From: Promethearchaeota archaeon
GTDB taxonomy: Archaea > Asgardarchaeota > Lokiarchaeia > Sigyniarchaeales > SOKP01
Direction: 5' to 3'
Assembly (NCBI GenBank): GCA_016839745.1
Contig: JAEOTS010000116.1
Location: 1 to 64,000 of the forward strand
Length of the DNA: 64,000 nt
The first letter of the stretch is position 1, and the number at the start of each line of letters is the position of its first letter. The notes beneath the pieces were generated by a model. The model saw only the letters and a program-made list of their open reading frames with translations. It was not told the DNA's origin and did not search any database. The translations under genes and the position numbers were made by a program. Below, one piece after another: positions 10,596 through 20,445 of the stretch.

Positions 10596-11558
10596 TTAAC
10601 TGCTCTTAATTTCTATTTCTATTCCTTTTTGTTCAAGCTTTTTTTTATTTGCAACAAGTTCTCGACCAGCAATTTTATCCAAAATGTAAATTAAATTGCC
10701 TCCTTTTTCCGAATACAACTGACCATAAGATATTGGAACATCTGGAGAAGGTTCATTTAGTATTGATTCAGTAACAGACATAGTTTTGCGTTCTCCGTTA
10801 GCTAATAATAATACTGTTTTTGCCTTATATACTAGCTCAGCACCCATACTAATAGCAAAATGAGGACACTCATCTTCTGAGTTAAATTGTCCATCGATTA
10901 CTGCATTACTTACGGTATTTTTATCAAGTTTTATTAACATGACTTTGCTTCCTTCAAAGGGAATTCCTGATTCATGGAATGCAACATGTCCACGTCCTCC
11001 AACACCTATAATTTGTAAATCAATACCACCAGATTTTTCGATTTTTTGGGCATATCCCTCTAAAATTGTTTCCTGAATCCAGCTTAAATATTCAGAAGAT
11101 GCTTTATCTTTAATAACAATTGATTTTCCTGAATCTGTTCCTAATTCAGTCCAATCATCAGGATGGGATGATAGTTCTTGCATCAGTATTTTTTGATCGA
11201 TTAAACAAGCATAAGGTAAAGTTGTTTCAATAAATTTATTGTTAAGAAGCCCAAAGAATTCTTTAATCATAAAGTAGCAATAACTTTGTGGGTGTATAGT
11301 GCGTTGTTGAGCATTCTCTCCCGGAAGACCAATATATTCATCGAGATTAAAACTGCGAACTCTACTACTGTCGAATTTATTAGCATTTGCCATTTGGGCA
11401 AGTTCTTTGTATACACCCGTTGGTGAATTTCCTGTTGCAAGCCCTAAAACATATAAACTCTTATCTTGTAATCCTTGAATAATTTTTTCTTTGACAATTT
11501 CTGCTGCAACCTTACTCAACTCTTCGAAATTATCTGTAATAATTACATTAATCGCCAT
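10596..11558 (-). CDS. nagB: glucosamine-6-phosphate deaminase family protein
   Basis: LGLATGNSP, FNLDEYIGL, HPQSY, GGIDLQIIGVG..GHVAFHE, AISMG. Confidence 0.85.
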   Translation of the reverse strand: MAINVIITDNFEELSKVAAEIVKEKIIQGLQDKSLYVLGLATGNSPTGVYKELAQMANANKFDSSRVRSFNLDEYIGLPGENAQQRTIHPQSYCYFMIKEFFGLLNNKFIETTLPYACLIDQKILMQELSSHPDDWTELGTDSGKSIVIKDKASSEYLSWIQETILEGYAQKIEKSGGIDLQIIGVGGRGHVAFHESGIPFEGSKVMLIKLDKNTVSNAVIDGQFNSEDECPHFAISMGAELVYKAKTVLLLANGERKTMSVTESILNEPSPDVPISYGQLYSEKGGNLIYILDKIAGRELVANKKKLEQKGIEIEIKSS

Positions 11559-11702
11559 AAATAGTACCTTGAGAAATAATTTATACTAAAAAAAGTTCTG
11601 TTTAATAAAAATTTAATTATATGAGCTTAGCAAATCACTTTTATGTTATCTCCTTTCGAGAGCAAAAAATTATTTAAATTTCTAAAAATTTTCTATTTAT
11701 AA

Positions 11703-13556
11703 ATGTGTGGTATTTTTGGAATAGTTACAAAGAATCAAGAAATCTCTGTAGGTAAAGTTGTCTTCGAAGGAATAAAGCGTTTAGAATACCGTGGATATGA
11801 TTCTTGTGGTATTGTTTCACTTTACAATTCAAAACTATTTATTAAAAAAGAAGCTGGAAAAATTGATGAAATTCATAAAAAGATCAAATTAGATGAATTT
11901 CCTAGTGGTTCAAAACTTGCGTTAGCCCACACAAGATGGGCTACTCATGGAGCACCCACTAAACAAAATAGCCATCCACATTTAGATTGTCTAAACAAGA
12001 TTGCAGTTGTACATAATGGAATAATAGAGAATTTTTTAGAATTACGAAATGAACTCACTTCTCGAGGACACACATTTAAATCTGAGACTGATTCTGAAGT
12101 GATTCCCCATTTAATTGAAGATTTTATGAAAAGTGGTAATAATCTTAAGGATGCTATTATTAACGCATTAAAAAAATGCAAAGGAGCGTACGCAATTGCA
12201 GTTTGTCAGATTAATAACCCCGATTTAATCGTAGTTGCTCGAAAAGAATCTCCTTTAATAATTGGAATAGAAGAAGGAAAAACAACTTATTGTTCTTCAG
12301 ATATTCCTGCTTTTTTACCATATACAAGAAAATGCTATATAATGGAAGATGACGAACTTGCTGTTTTGAAAGCGGGAGAAGTAAAATTTTTTGATCTTAA
12401 AAACGATAACGAATTGATTAGAAAAGAAATGCAAAACATTGAATGGAATATTGATGCAGCAGAAAAGGGAGGTTACGAGCATTTTATGCTAAAAGAAATT
12501 TACGAGGAACCAAATGCATTAAGGTTTACTATGAAAATTTCAGACCAGCTATTAAGCAAGTTTGCAAACGCTTTAATCTCAGCAGATAATATATATATTA
12601 CTGCAGCGGGTACATCTTATCACTCAGCGTTAGCAGGAAAATTTATAATTTCTAAATTTCTTGGTAAACACATTCAGGATATAGAATGTTCTGAATTTGA
12701 GACTCAGCTAAACGGTAATTTGAAAGAAAATTCCGTAATTATTGCAATTTCACAATCAGGTGAAACCATTGACACGATAGAAGCGATTAGATGGGCAAAA
12801 AATACAAAATCTGTTAAAATTTTAACAATTACTAATGTTGTAGGCTCATCAATTACAAGGTATTCCGATCATGTGATCGTTACAAATGCAGGACCTGAGA
12901 TTGGTGTTGCAGCAACAAAAACATATAGCACGCAAGTTCTTGCTCTTGCGTTGATAGCGGTATCAATTGCAAAAACTAGAAAAATAATATCTAATGAAGA
13001 AATAACAAAATATCACGATGCTTTAGCTGGAATTCCTAATATCATTGAAAAATTCCTTGAGAAAAATGTTGATTTAATCAAATATATTGTAAACAATTTA
13101 GAAAAAAATTTGAATTATTTCTTTTTGGCAAGAGGGATATCAATTGCCACTGCCAAAGAGGGAGGTTTAAAATTGAAAGAAGTTGCTTGCCGGTTTATCG
13201 AAGGTTATTCCGCAGCTTCTGCTAAACATGGACCAATTTCTTTAGTACGAGAAGGATTTCCTATCATTTTTATCGCTCCTCCTGACGAGACATATAATAG
13301 ATTAGTTGGGAATGTAATGGAGTTCAAAGCTAGAGGTGGTAGAATTATTTCTGTTGTTGTGGAAAGTGATGTAAAGATAACAAAATTAAGTGATATTACA
13401 ATTCGAATTCCTCAACCCGCTGATAAATTTTATAATCTATTCAGCCCAATAACTTTCATGCCAGCCTTACAATTATTAGCCTATTATGCTGCCTTAGCTC
13501 ATGATCTAGACCCTGATAAGCCATTAAATCTTAGTAAGACTGTGACAGTTCATTAA
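11703..13556 (+). CDS. glmS: glutamine--fructose-6-phosphate aminotransferase
   Basis: MCGIFG, LEYRGYDS, HTRWATHG, HNGIIEN, SQSGET, GPEIGVAATK, KHGP, NLSKTVTV. Confidence 0.96.
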   Translation: MCGIFGIVTKNQEISVGKVVFEGIKRLEYRGYDSCGIVSLYNSKLFIKKEAGKIDEIHKKIKLDEFPSGSKLALAHTRWATHGAPTKQNSHPHLDCLNKIAVVHNGIIENFLELRNELTSRGHTFKSETDSEVIPHLIEDFMKSGNNLKDAIINALKKCKGAYAIAVCQINNPDLIVVARKESPLIIGIEEGKTTYCSSDIPAFLPYTRKCYIMEDDELAVLKAGEVKFFDLKNDNELIRKEMQNIEWNIDAAEKGGYEHFMLKEIYEEPNALRFTMKISDQLLSKFANALISADNIYITAAGTSYHSALAGKFIISKFLGKHIQDIECSEFETQLNGNLKENSVIIAISQSGETIDTIEAIRWAKNTKSVKILTITNVVGSSITRYSDHVIVTNAGPEIGVAATKTYSTQVLALALIAVSIAKTRKIISNEEITKYHDALAGIPNIIEKFLEKNVDLIKYIVNNLEKNLNYFFLARGISIATAKEGGLKLKEVACRFIEGYSAASAKHGPISLVREGFPIIFIAPPDETYNRLVGNVMEFKARGGRIISVVVESDVKITKLSDITIRIPQPADKFYNLFSPITFMPALQLLAYYAALAHDLDPDKPLNLSKTVTVH

Positions 13557-13590
13557 AGATATCCTTTATTTCTAAAAGTAAAGATACTTT

Positions 13591-14844
13591 TTAAATAAAA
13601 GATGGAAGATACTTCATTATGGTATTTCGTGTATTTTCAACCATGCTCAGTAGCCAAGAAGTTCCTTCTTTTTTGTTATATTCATTTAAATTTTGTATTA
13701 CGTTGATGTAATCCTTCCCGGTTTTGTTGTAGATGTCATCTATATTCTTTAAAAACTCAACTCTCTTTTTCTCGTCTCCAGAATACGCAAGACATTTTTT
13801 AAAACTACTTTCAATTTTTTGTATATTCTCAAAAAGTTCTCTTTTTTGATTAATCAGCTCTTCTGATACTTCATTACCCATTATCGATCTATATAATTCT
13901 ATAGATTTTTCCATCTTGTTAGCTAGCTGTTTGAATCTTTTAATTCTCTCATTGAAAATAAGGTCAAGCTTTTCAACTGCCCCCTCATAAAGCATTTTTT
14001 CCATATCACTTCCCTGATAGAACTTAGAACGTACAATTAGGTACCATTGTCTAAGAGCTATTATATTTGCGATATATTCAATACAATTTATAACTCTTGT
14101 CTTAACACTCCAATATAGTCCAGGATAGAAATCCATATCCTCTTTTTGAGGTTTTTTACCCATTAAGAGTTTCTGACCTTGAGGACAATTTCCGCGGTAA
14201 ATAACTCCAGCTGCAATTACTGTCTTATAACCTATCTGACTTGGACCTACTAGTCCGCCTTGTCCCCCTAAAAAAATAGGAGGTTGATTGAGCATAACAC
14301 CATAAGCTACATCTCCAATTAAAGATGCAGTTGCTTTATCCTGATTAGGGGTATAATTAAAATGAATATATGAACTACCAACTTCACTATGGTTTTTTCT
14401 ATTCGTCCCGCCTGCCATTAAAATGTCACAAAAATTAATAATGCTCCCTAATGTCACAAATGGAAAAAGTATTGTTTGTTTAAGACCTACCGTATGAGAA
14501 CCATTAGCCTCCTCCTCCAAGAGGCATCCTTCTCGGACTTCGGCACCATCACCCATATTCGCAGAATCCAGAAATGTTGATCCTTCAAAATATCCCCCTT
14601 TTAATTCAACTTTTTTACCTAATTGACAATTTTTAATAGTAACTGGAGATCTACTGCCCAGCTTAACTCCCGGCATAATAAGTGTCTTTTTGCCAAAAAT
14701 TTTACATCCTGAGTGTATCATTACATCTTCAGATGATATCAGGTTAATGTTGACTTCCTCACTTATTTCAACCGAAGAAGGATTTGGTATTTTGACTCCC
14801 TTTTCAATTAAAGCAGTTATTAAAGAGTTTTTATTATATCCCAT
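13591..14844 (-). CDS. GlmU-related left-handed beta-helix (hexapeptide) acetyltransferase-like protein without an NTP-transferase domain
   Basis: N-terminal L..KGV.I..P and hexapeptide-like repeats; HTVGLKQT..LGSIINFCD..SEVGSS..HFNY; convergent with glmS. Confidence 0.7.
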   Translation of the reverse strand: MGYNKNSLITALIEKGVKIPNPSSVEISEEVNINLISSEDVMIHSGCKIFGKKTLIMPGVKLGSRSPVTIKNCQLGKKVELKGGYFEGSTFLDSANMGDGAEVREGCLLEEEANGSHTVGLKQTILFPFVTLGSIINFCDILMAGGTNRKNHSEVGSSYIHFNYTPNQDKATASLIGDVAYGVMLNQPPIFLGGQGGLVGPSQIGYKTVIAAGVIYRGNCPQGQKLLMGKKPQKEDMDFYPGLYWSVKTRVINCIEYIANIIALRQWYLIVRSKFYQGSDMEKMLYEGAVEKLDLIFNERIKRFKQLANKMEKSIELYRSIMGNEVSEELINQKRELFENIQKIESSFKKCLAYSGDEKKRVEFLKNIDDIYNKTGKDYINVIQNLNEYNKKEGTSWLLSMVENTRNTIMKYLPSFI

Positions 14845-14908
14845 ATGATCATATCACTTTTCTGGTTCATTTTTCTTATTTTTTTAATATAAATAAATTC
14901 TAACTTTT

Positions 14909-16405
14909 TCATACTTTTTCTACGCGAAAGATATGGCTCTTCCAACCATCTAATTCAATATATAATCCATTTTTGTTTAGATTTTCTCCTTTATAGTTAT
15001 ACTTATTCCCCGTTAAAAGATCTGTAAATCGCCAGTTAAAGAGCTCATAGTCTATGTCATCGATTATTATATGCGCTTTAGAAGAATTGGAACTATAATT
15101 GACCGTAATTAATAATCTTTGGTCATCTATTAACCATTGATATGAGATGATGTTGTTATGAGAATTATCATTCATACTCACAGGCTTAGTTTCGCATAAT
15201 GACCACCTAGCTTCATCAAACTCTCTTCCGGGAGCAACCCTTAACAATTTATCGTAAAATTCTATTAGATTTATATCATCTTCTTCAATTGCCCCCCTTC
15301 CTAGTTGAACTGGTATTTTGACTTTATATCCCCGGGTCTGTCCTTCAAATATTAATCGGGCACCTGGTAATGTTAAAGCAATGATAGAAGCAGCTTTAGA
15401 AGTTTCATGTCCAAAAGTTGGTATTGCTCTTGGTTCGTCGTGGTTTTCAATAAATCGAAGTAATTTATTCTGATAATCTAAATCTGTTTTAAGATGATCT
15501 CGTACGCTCTGAACTTTAAGACTAGCTAGACATTCGTATAATCTTTTGTCATAACAATAATTAAATCCTTGCTGAATTAATTCCCATTCCATATCCCAAT
15601 ATACCTCAGCTATGAACTTAAAATCCGGGTATTTATTTTTTACAGCTTGGATTATTTCTCCCCAAAACTCTTTTTCGGGTGGTGAACCTGCTTTATCACT
15701 CCAAGTTTTATTAAAAACACTGTTAGTCATTAACATTGCCATATCACACCTAACCCCATCGCATTGCTGAGCAATCGAGAGTAAAGTGTTGATAGTTTTT
15801 GAGCGTGCTTCAGAAGAAAATGCGTTTATTTGAACCGTATCTGTCCAAGGTGGAAAATTAGGATCTTTTCCGTGTGCATATACCTTATCTCCAACTGAAA
15901 AAAAATCATAGGGTTTAGTCATCAATTCATTTAAAGTCCCCTTAATAAAAACATCAGATTTCTCAAGAATCCAGAGGTGATCAATTGAAACGTGATTAGG
16001 AACATAATCCAATATCAATAATTTATCGCGTGCTGCTAAATCTTCTCGGAAGTTTTTTAAAGCTTCAGAACCTCCTAAATAAGAGCTAACATGATAATAA
16101 TAAACTGAATAAGGTGAACCTACAACATCCTGTGTGCTATAATATCGTAGCACTCTTCGATATTCTTCTTGTAAACCCTCATGATTCATCGCTATTTCTT
16201 TTCCTATAGGACTTCGCTCCCAAACTCCCATTAACCAAACTATATCAAAGTGCTTTAATTCATGGTCAATTATTTCAACTGGTATTGAATCTAATTTTAT
16301 AGGATGACCATATATTTCGGATAATTTATTTAACCAAGGCCAAGTATTAATTTCGTAAATTTTGGGATGGTTAAGCCAAGTGAGTTTTCTTTTTGACATA
16401 ATCAA
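14909..16405 (-). CDS. GH13 alpha-amylase-family glycoside hydrolase
   Basis: DYVPNH (region I), DGVRCDMA (nucleophile), AEVYW (acid/base), FIENHDE. Confidence 0.92.
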   Translation of the reverse strand: MIMSKRKLTWLNHPKIYEINTWPWLNKLSEIYGHPIKLDSIPVEIIDHELKHFDIVWLMGVWERSPIGKEIAMNHEGLQEEYRRVLRYYSTQDVVGSPYSVYYYHVSSYLGGSEALKNFREDLAARDKLLILDYVPNHVSIDHLWILEKSDVFIKGTLNELMTKPYDFFSVGDKVYAHGKDPNFPPWTDTVQINAFSSEARSKTINTLLSIAQQCDGVRCDMAMLMTNSVFNKTWSDKAGSPPEKEFWGEIIQAVKNKYPDFKFIAEVYWDMEWELIQQGFNYCYDKRLYECLASLKVQSVRDHLKTDLDYQNKLLRFIENHDEPRAIPTFGHETSKAASIIALTLPGARLIFEGQTRGYKVKIPVQLGRGAIEEDDINLIEFYDKLLRVAPGREFDEARWSLCETKPVSMNDNSHNNIISYQWLIDDQRLLITVNYSSNSSKAHIIIDDIDYELFNWRFTDLLTGNKYNYKGENLNKNGLYIELDGWKSHIFRVEKV

Positions 16406-16598
16406 AATTAGTTTTTTTAATTCTTTTGATAATAATTATTAATAAATATGCCCCTTAGTTTAAAAAATGAATTCAATTAGGAATATAATTATCGTATAGA
16501 AGCCAAATTCTAATTTTTTGCGAAGTTTTTTAAAAATAAATATATATAAATTATTAGATAATCATATGTTTTATTAAGAAGAATAAAAGAAGTGATTT

Positions 16599-17180
16599 TT
16601 GAAAGTGAGTGAAGAGAAAGAAGCAATTCGAAAGTTAATAATGCTCATCTCCGACCTTCGGGCAAAGGATGAGGAACGTTACGAAGCCCATGTTAATTTC
16701 ATGAACGAAACTATCAAAATGATCAGCGCAATCGAATCTCAAATGAACAAGCATTGGTCTACAGTATTGGATTCCCTTAAAGAACTGAACGATAATATTA
16801 ATACTAATTTAGATTCACTACTTACGGGTATAAATCCTAAAGGGCTTAGAGAAACTTCGAAATCCCTTCAAGAAATCATGGACACAATGAATAAGAGCGT
16901 ACAATCAATGAATTTAGAGAAAGTTTTAAGCGAATTGAAAGTTTTAAAAAGTTCAACTCAATCTAGTGGCCAAGCACCTCTTACATCTCAATCCATTCCT
17001 GTTACTAAACCACCTGAACCAATAACTGCAAATATCAATATTACGCCTCCTTTGGGCATACCTCCTTCAACAGCACAAGATACTGAAGTATATGGATATG
17101 TTCCTGGAAAAAAAAAGAAAAAGAAAGAAGAAGAGGAGGAGCCCCACCTTATGAAACCATCAGATTTATTTAAAAAATAG
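16599..17180 (+). CDS. hypothetical protein with coiled-coil N-terminus, Pro-rich linker and K/E tail
   Basis: 193-aa ORF preceded by SD-like AAGTGA. Confidence 0.65.
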   Translation: MKVSEEKEAIRKLIMLISDLRAKDEERYEAHVNFMNETIKMISAIESQMNKHWSTVLDSLKELNDNINTNLDSLLTGINPKGLRETSKSLQEIMDTMNKSVQSMNLEKVLSELKVLKSSTQSSGQAPLTSQSIPVTKPPEPITANINITPPLGIPPSTAQDTEVYGYVPGKKKKKKEEEEEPHLMKPSDLFKK

Positions 17181-17188
17181 CTAAATAT

Positions 17189-18547
17189 TTATTCAATATT
17201 CTTTAATCTATCCATAAAAGGTTCTACGCGAGTTTTAACTTGTTCTATGTTTTCTCCTATTTTTTTGAAATTTATGACTATTGCAGGAATATCTAATTCA
17301 GATTTTAGTTTTTCTTTTAATTTGTCGTAAGTTTTTGATATTGAAGGACAACCAAATACTTGATTGAAGATTAAACCATCTATATCCATATTTTCTGCTA
17401 CTGCTAAGTACGAACTCGTCATGTTTTCATCGTTACATCCAATGCCTTTTGCTGACGCATTCAAGAGAAATCGAGCGTATTCTTCAATTGGATCGGAGTG
17501 ATTTGATATGGATATTTCTTCCAAAAAACCTAATACGTCCCAATCTGCATAAATTACTCTTCCTCCCAAATTATAGATAATTTCATGTATTTCTGGTTCC
17601 CATCCTTGATACATTGGGGCAAATAACAACCTTGGCATTTTATAGACGTCCATACCTATGCCTTTTCTTATACGCTCTCTCATTTCTTTAACTAATTGGC
17701 TTAGATTTTCTAAATATCGTTGAGCATTGGAATTATAATCCTGAAATGTTATTGTTAAAAGAGCTAAAATTTCAGAAAATGTTGCAGGATTACAAGGGTA
17801 GAAATCTGAACCGCCAATCTCGTAAAGAATAGTCTTATAAAATCGTTTTACCTGGTTTCCGATTCGGAATTGCTTCTGTAAGCTATTATCTGATACAAAA
17901 TTGCCCGTAATGTTTTCTAATTCGCTAATTCCAGTCTTTATATTATCGACCATCTGTTTAAGAGCTTCATTTTCATTATACGAAGTTTTAGGAGGAACAT
18001 CAATTAATATTTGTCTCGGAACAATTGTCTTCAATGATTCATAGAACTTATTCCATCTACCACAGCGCATTGCGAAATTAAGATTAGCATCCACATTTTT
18101 TCCTTTTGATTTATGCATTCCGTAAAGAGCGTTAATTCCATAGCATAATTCTGAAGGAACACCATTATTAACGCCTAATTCGTACATTTCATTATATTTA
18201 CTGTTTATCGATGTAATAACATCTTCAAGAATTTTATCAACTATTTTTAGCACATCAAACTGGCGAGCGAAATCCAGAAATTTTGATGTCAAATCCCAGC
18301 CTAGAACCGAAGTAGCTGATGTTATTGGTGTTAGATATCTGCTAAAATCAAAAGTTTCCATCCTGATTGGAAAAACCGGAACTGCTCCAACCGCAAAAAC
18401 TAAATCGGGGAATCCTAAAGCAACAGAAATTAATTTCTTCTTTTCTCGAAATTTTTTCTTCCGTAAGTAATCTCTCCCCGTTAAAAAATTTGAAGCCATT
18501 TTTAGAACAGATGTGAAACTTAGGACATCATCAGCGTATATACTCGT
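17189..18547 (-). CDS. 2-hydroxyacyl-CoA dehydratase subunit (HgdA/B family), paralog 2
   Basis: Close paralog of 20446-21801; three cluster Cys (ELCYG, MRCG, FGCP). Similarity runs 16 codons upstream of ATG 18499 to an ACG at 18547. Confidence 0.8.
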   Translation of the reverse strand, partial: TSIYADDVLSFTSVLKMASNFLTGRDYLRKKKFREKKKLISVALGFPDLVFAVGAVPVFPIRMETFDFSRYLTPITSATSVLGWDLTSKFLDFARQFDVLKIVDKILEDVITSINSKYNEMYELGVNNGVPSELCYGINALYGMHKSKGKNVDANLNFAMRCGRWNKFYESLKTIVPRQILIDVPPKTSYNENEALKQMVDNIKTGISELENITGNFVSDNSLQKQFRIGNQVKRFYKTILYEIGGSDFYPCNPATFSEILALLTITFQDYNSNAQRYLENLSQLVKEMRERIRKGIGMDVYKMPRLLFAPMYQGWEPEIHEIIYNLGGRVIYADWDVLGFLEEISISNHSDPIEEYARFLLNASAKGIGCNDENMTSSYLAVAENMDIDGLIFNQVFGCPSISKTYDKLKEKLKSELDIPAIVINFKKIGENIEQVKTRVEPFMDRLKNIE

Positions 18548-19113
18548 TTTGGGATCATCTCGAGTTACTGTTTAAATTTATGTTTTGTAGGACTACAATT
18601 TAAAATTAGTTATATAAAAGTAATAAAATTTATGAGCCAAATTATAAGGTTTTCAAACACTATTTGAAACATTTATTACCAATTTTTAAAGTATAATTGA
18701 TATATTATAGTTTTAAAACAGATTCAAAATTTCTCTCGAAGGAAGATTGAAAAACATATCCTTCAAAGCATCCAAATTAGAAAGTTTTTTAATAGAAATC
18801 TTATAAATTATTTAATTTTTAATTCTCTGTGTTTATAAAATTATATATTTACACATAAAATTAAATAATATCAATCCTTTATATAAATTATATATATTGA
18901 GTATTTGGTTTTCCCGTTCCTGTAAAATTTTTTAGGAATTTGGCTTAAAAGATAATATTAAGATAGGCACTGACTGTATCAAATTAATTTTTGCCTACTT
19001 TCAGTAGAAAAAAGCTAAATTGTTAATTATAAAATATCTAATTTCTTAAGGTATAATTAGCAATCAAATACTCTCAAGTGAAATTTTAGCAATAAAATGA
19101 AAAAAACAAGAGA

Positions 19114-20421
19114 GTGATTATAATAAGGACAAAAATTATTGAGAAATTAATAACTATGAACGAGATTTCTTTAACTACCCAAAAAATTTTTAAATCTCAA
19201 TTCAAGATTTCTAAAAAATCAATTATTTCTGAGGATTACCTACTAATAATAGGTATCAGTGAAAAAGGTTTTATTTCAGTGGTTCAATCTTCAATAGATA
19301 AGAATTTTGAGAGAACTCGCATATCCATTTTGGTGTTTAATACTCAATCTTTAGCTAAAGAATTAAAAATACAACAAGAATCGCAGAATTGGATAAATCT
19401 TATTGAAGAAAAATTGATTCGATCATTGAAAACTGAGGTTAAAAATGAATTTCACAATCCATTTACAGAACTTTCTAAATTTCAATTAGAGAAAGCTCAA
19501 GAAAAAAGGAAAATATTTACGCTCGAAACTAGAATTCTAAATGTATTAATAAAGCATTTATATCGTATTAATGACTTTTCAGATGAAATTATGAAATTTC
19601 CTTTTTCTATTAACCACATTGATGGAAAGTGGGAAGAATGGGATAAAATCTATTATCCATATATTGAATTAATTGAAAATAATATACTTAAAACCCATGA
19701 AGAGAACACAAAAGTGTATCGTAATTATAATTTCGCATTAAAGGATGATACCTTTCAAAGGGTAATAGATTTATTGTTAATTACTACTACAGATTCTCAC
19801 TCAGAAACCGATAATAAGGTAAATGAAGATTTAAATCCCTATGATTATGAGATTACTTTTATTTACTGTAATAGAACATCTAAACCATTTAAATATATGA
19901 ATTTCTTAAAGTTTGTGAATGAAATTAAGTCATTTTCAAAGAGATTCAAGAATGATAAAAAAAATGAGTGTAATAATGTCAAATCACAATTAATCCTGGT
20001 TTCACTATTTGGTTATGACCTAGGAATTAAAAATTATTTGAGAACCCATTTGGTTAGAGAAGTAGATTATACTATCCCTTTAATTTTAGTACCCCCTTTC
20101 GATAATGAAGTGTGGCATAATTTTATCGAGAAAGAGGATTTAAAACAACAAAAACGAAATGAATTAGAAAATATTATACGAATCGGCAATAAGAGACAAG
20201 TATCACCTTCATATCGAAATAATATGGTAAAGTCCGCTAAAAGTGAATATAAACAGATAATTGAAAGAGATAAATTGGTAAAATTCGATAATGATTTTCT
20301 AGATAAGTGGCATTGTATATTAAATGTTTCTAAATCAGCGGAAATTCTAAAACTTAGTAAAGATAATGAGAAATTAGACAAAGATATTAATATCGTAAAA
20401 GAGGAGATATCAATATATTAA
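19114..20421 (+). CDS. hypothetical protein with possible degenerate Mrr/PD-(D/E)XK-like domain
   Basis: 435-aa ORF (ATG at 19156 is an alternative start); IDLL..IYCN..KP..F..ILVSLFGY pattern. Confidence 0.5.
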   Translation: MIIIRTKIIEKLITMNEISLTTQKIFKSQFKISKKSIISEDYLLIIGISEKGFISVVQSSIDKNFERTRISILVFNTQSLAKELKIQQESQNWINLIEEKLIRSLKTEVKNEFHNPFTELSKFQLEKAQEKRKIFTLETRILNVLIKHLYRINDFSDEIMKFPFSINHIDGKWEEWDKIYYPYIELIENNILKTHEENTKVYRNYNFALKDDTFQRVIDLLLITTTDSHSETDNKVNEDLNPYDYEITFIYCNRTSKPFKYMNFLKFVNEIKSFSKRFKNDKKNECNNVKSQLILVSLFGYDLGIKNYLRTHLVREVDYTIPLILVPPFDNEVWHNFIEKEDLKQQKRNELENIIRIGNKRQVSPSYRNNMVKSAKSEYKQIIERDKLVKFDNDFLDKWHCILNVSKSAEILKLSKDNEKLDKDINIVKEEISIY

Positions 20422-20445
20422 GGTGTATTCCGTAATTAGGTAAAA

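Noticed and set aside
11559-11702. Possible glmS ribozyme upstream of glmS
   Set aside because: The spacer is short and AT-rich with only a tiny hairpin, and no ribozyme core is recognisable.
18651-18669. Inverted repeat TTTCAAA-cacta-TTTGAAA in the divergent spacer
   Set aside because: A 7-bp AT-rich stem is expected by chance at this base composition.
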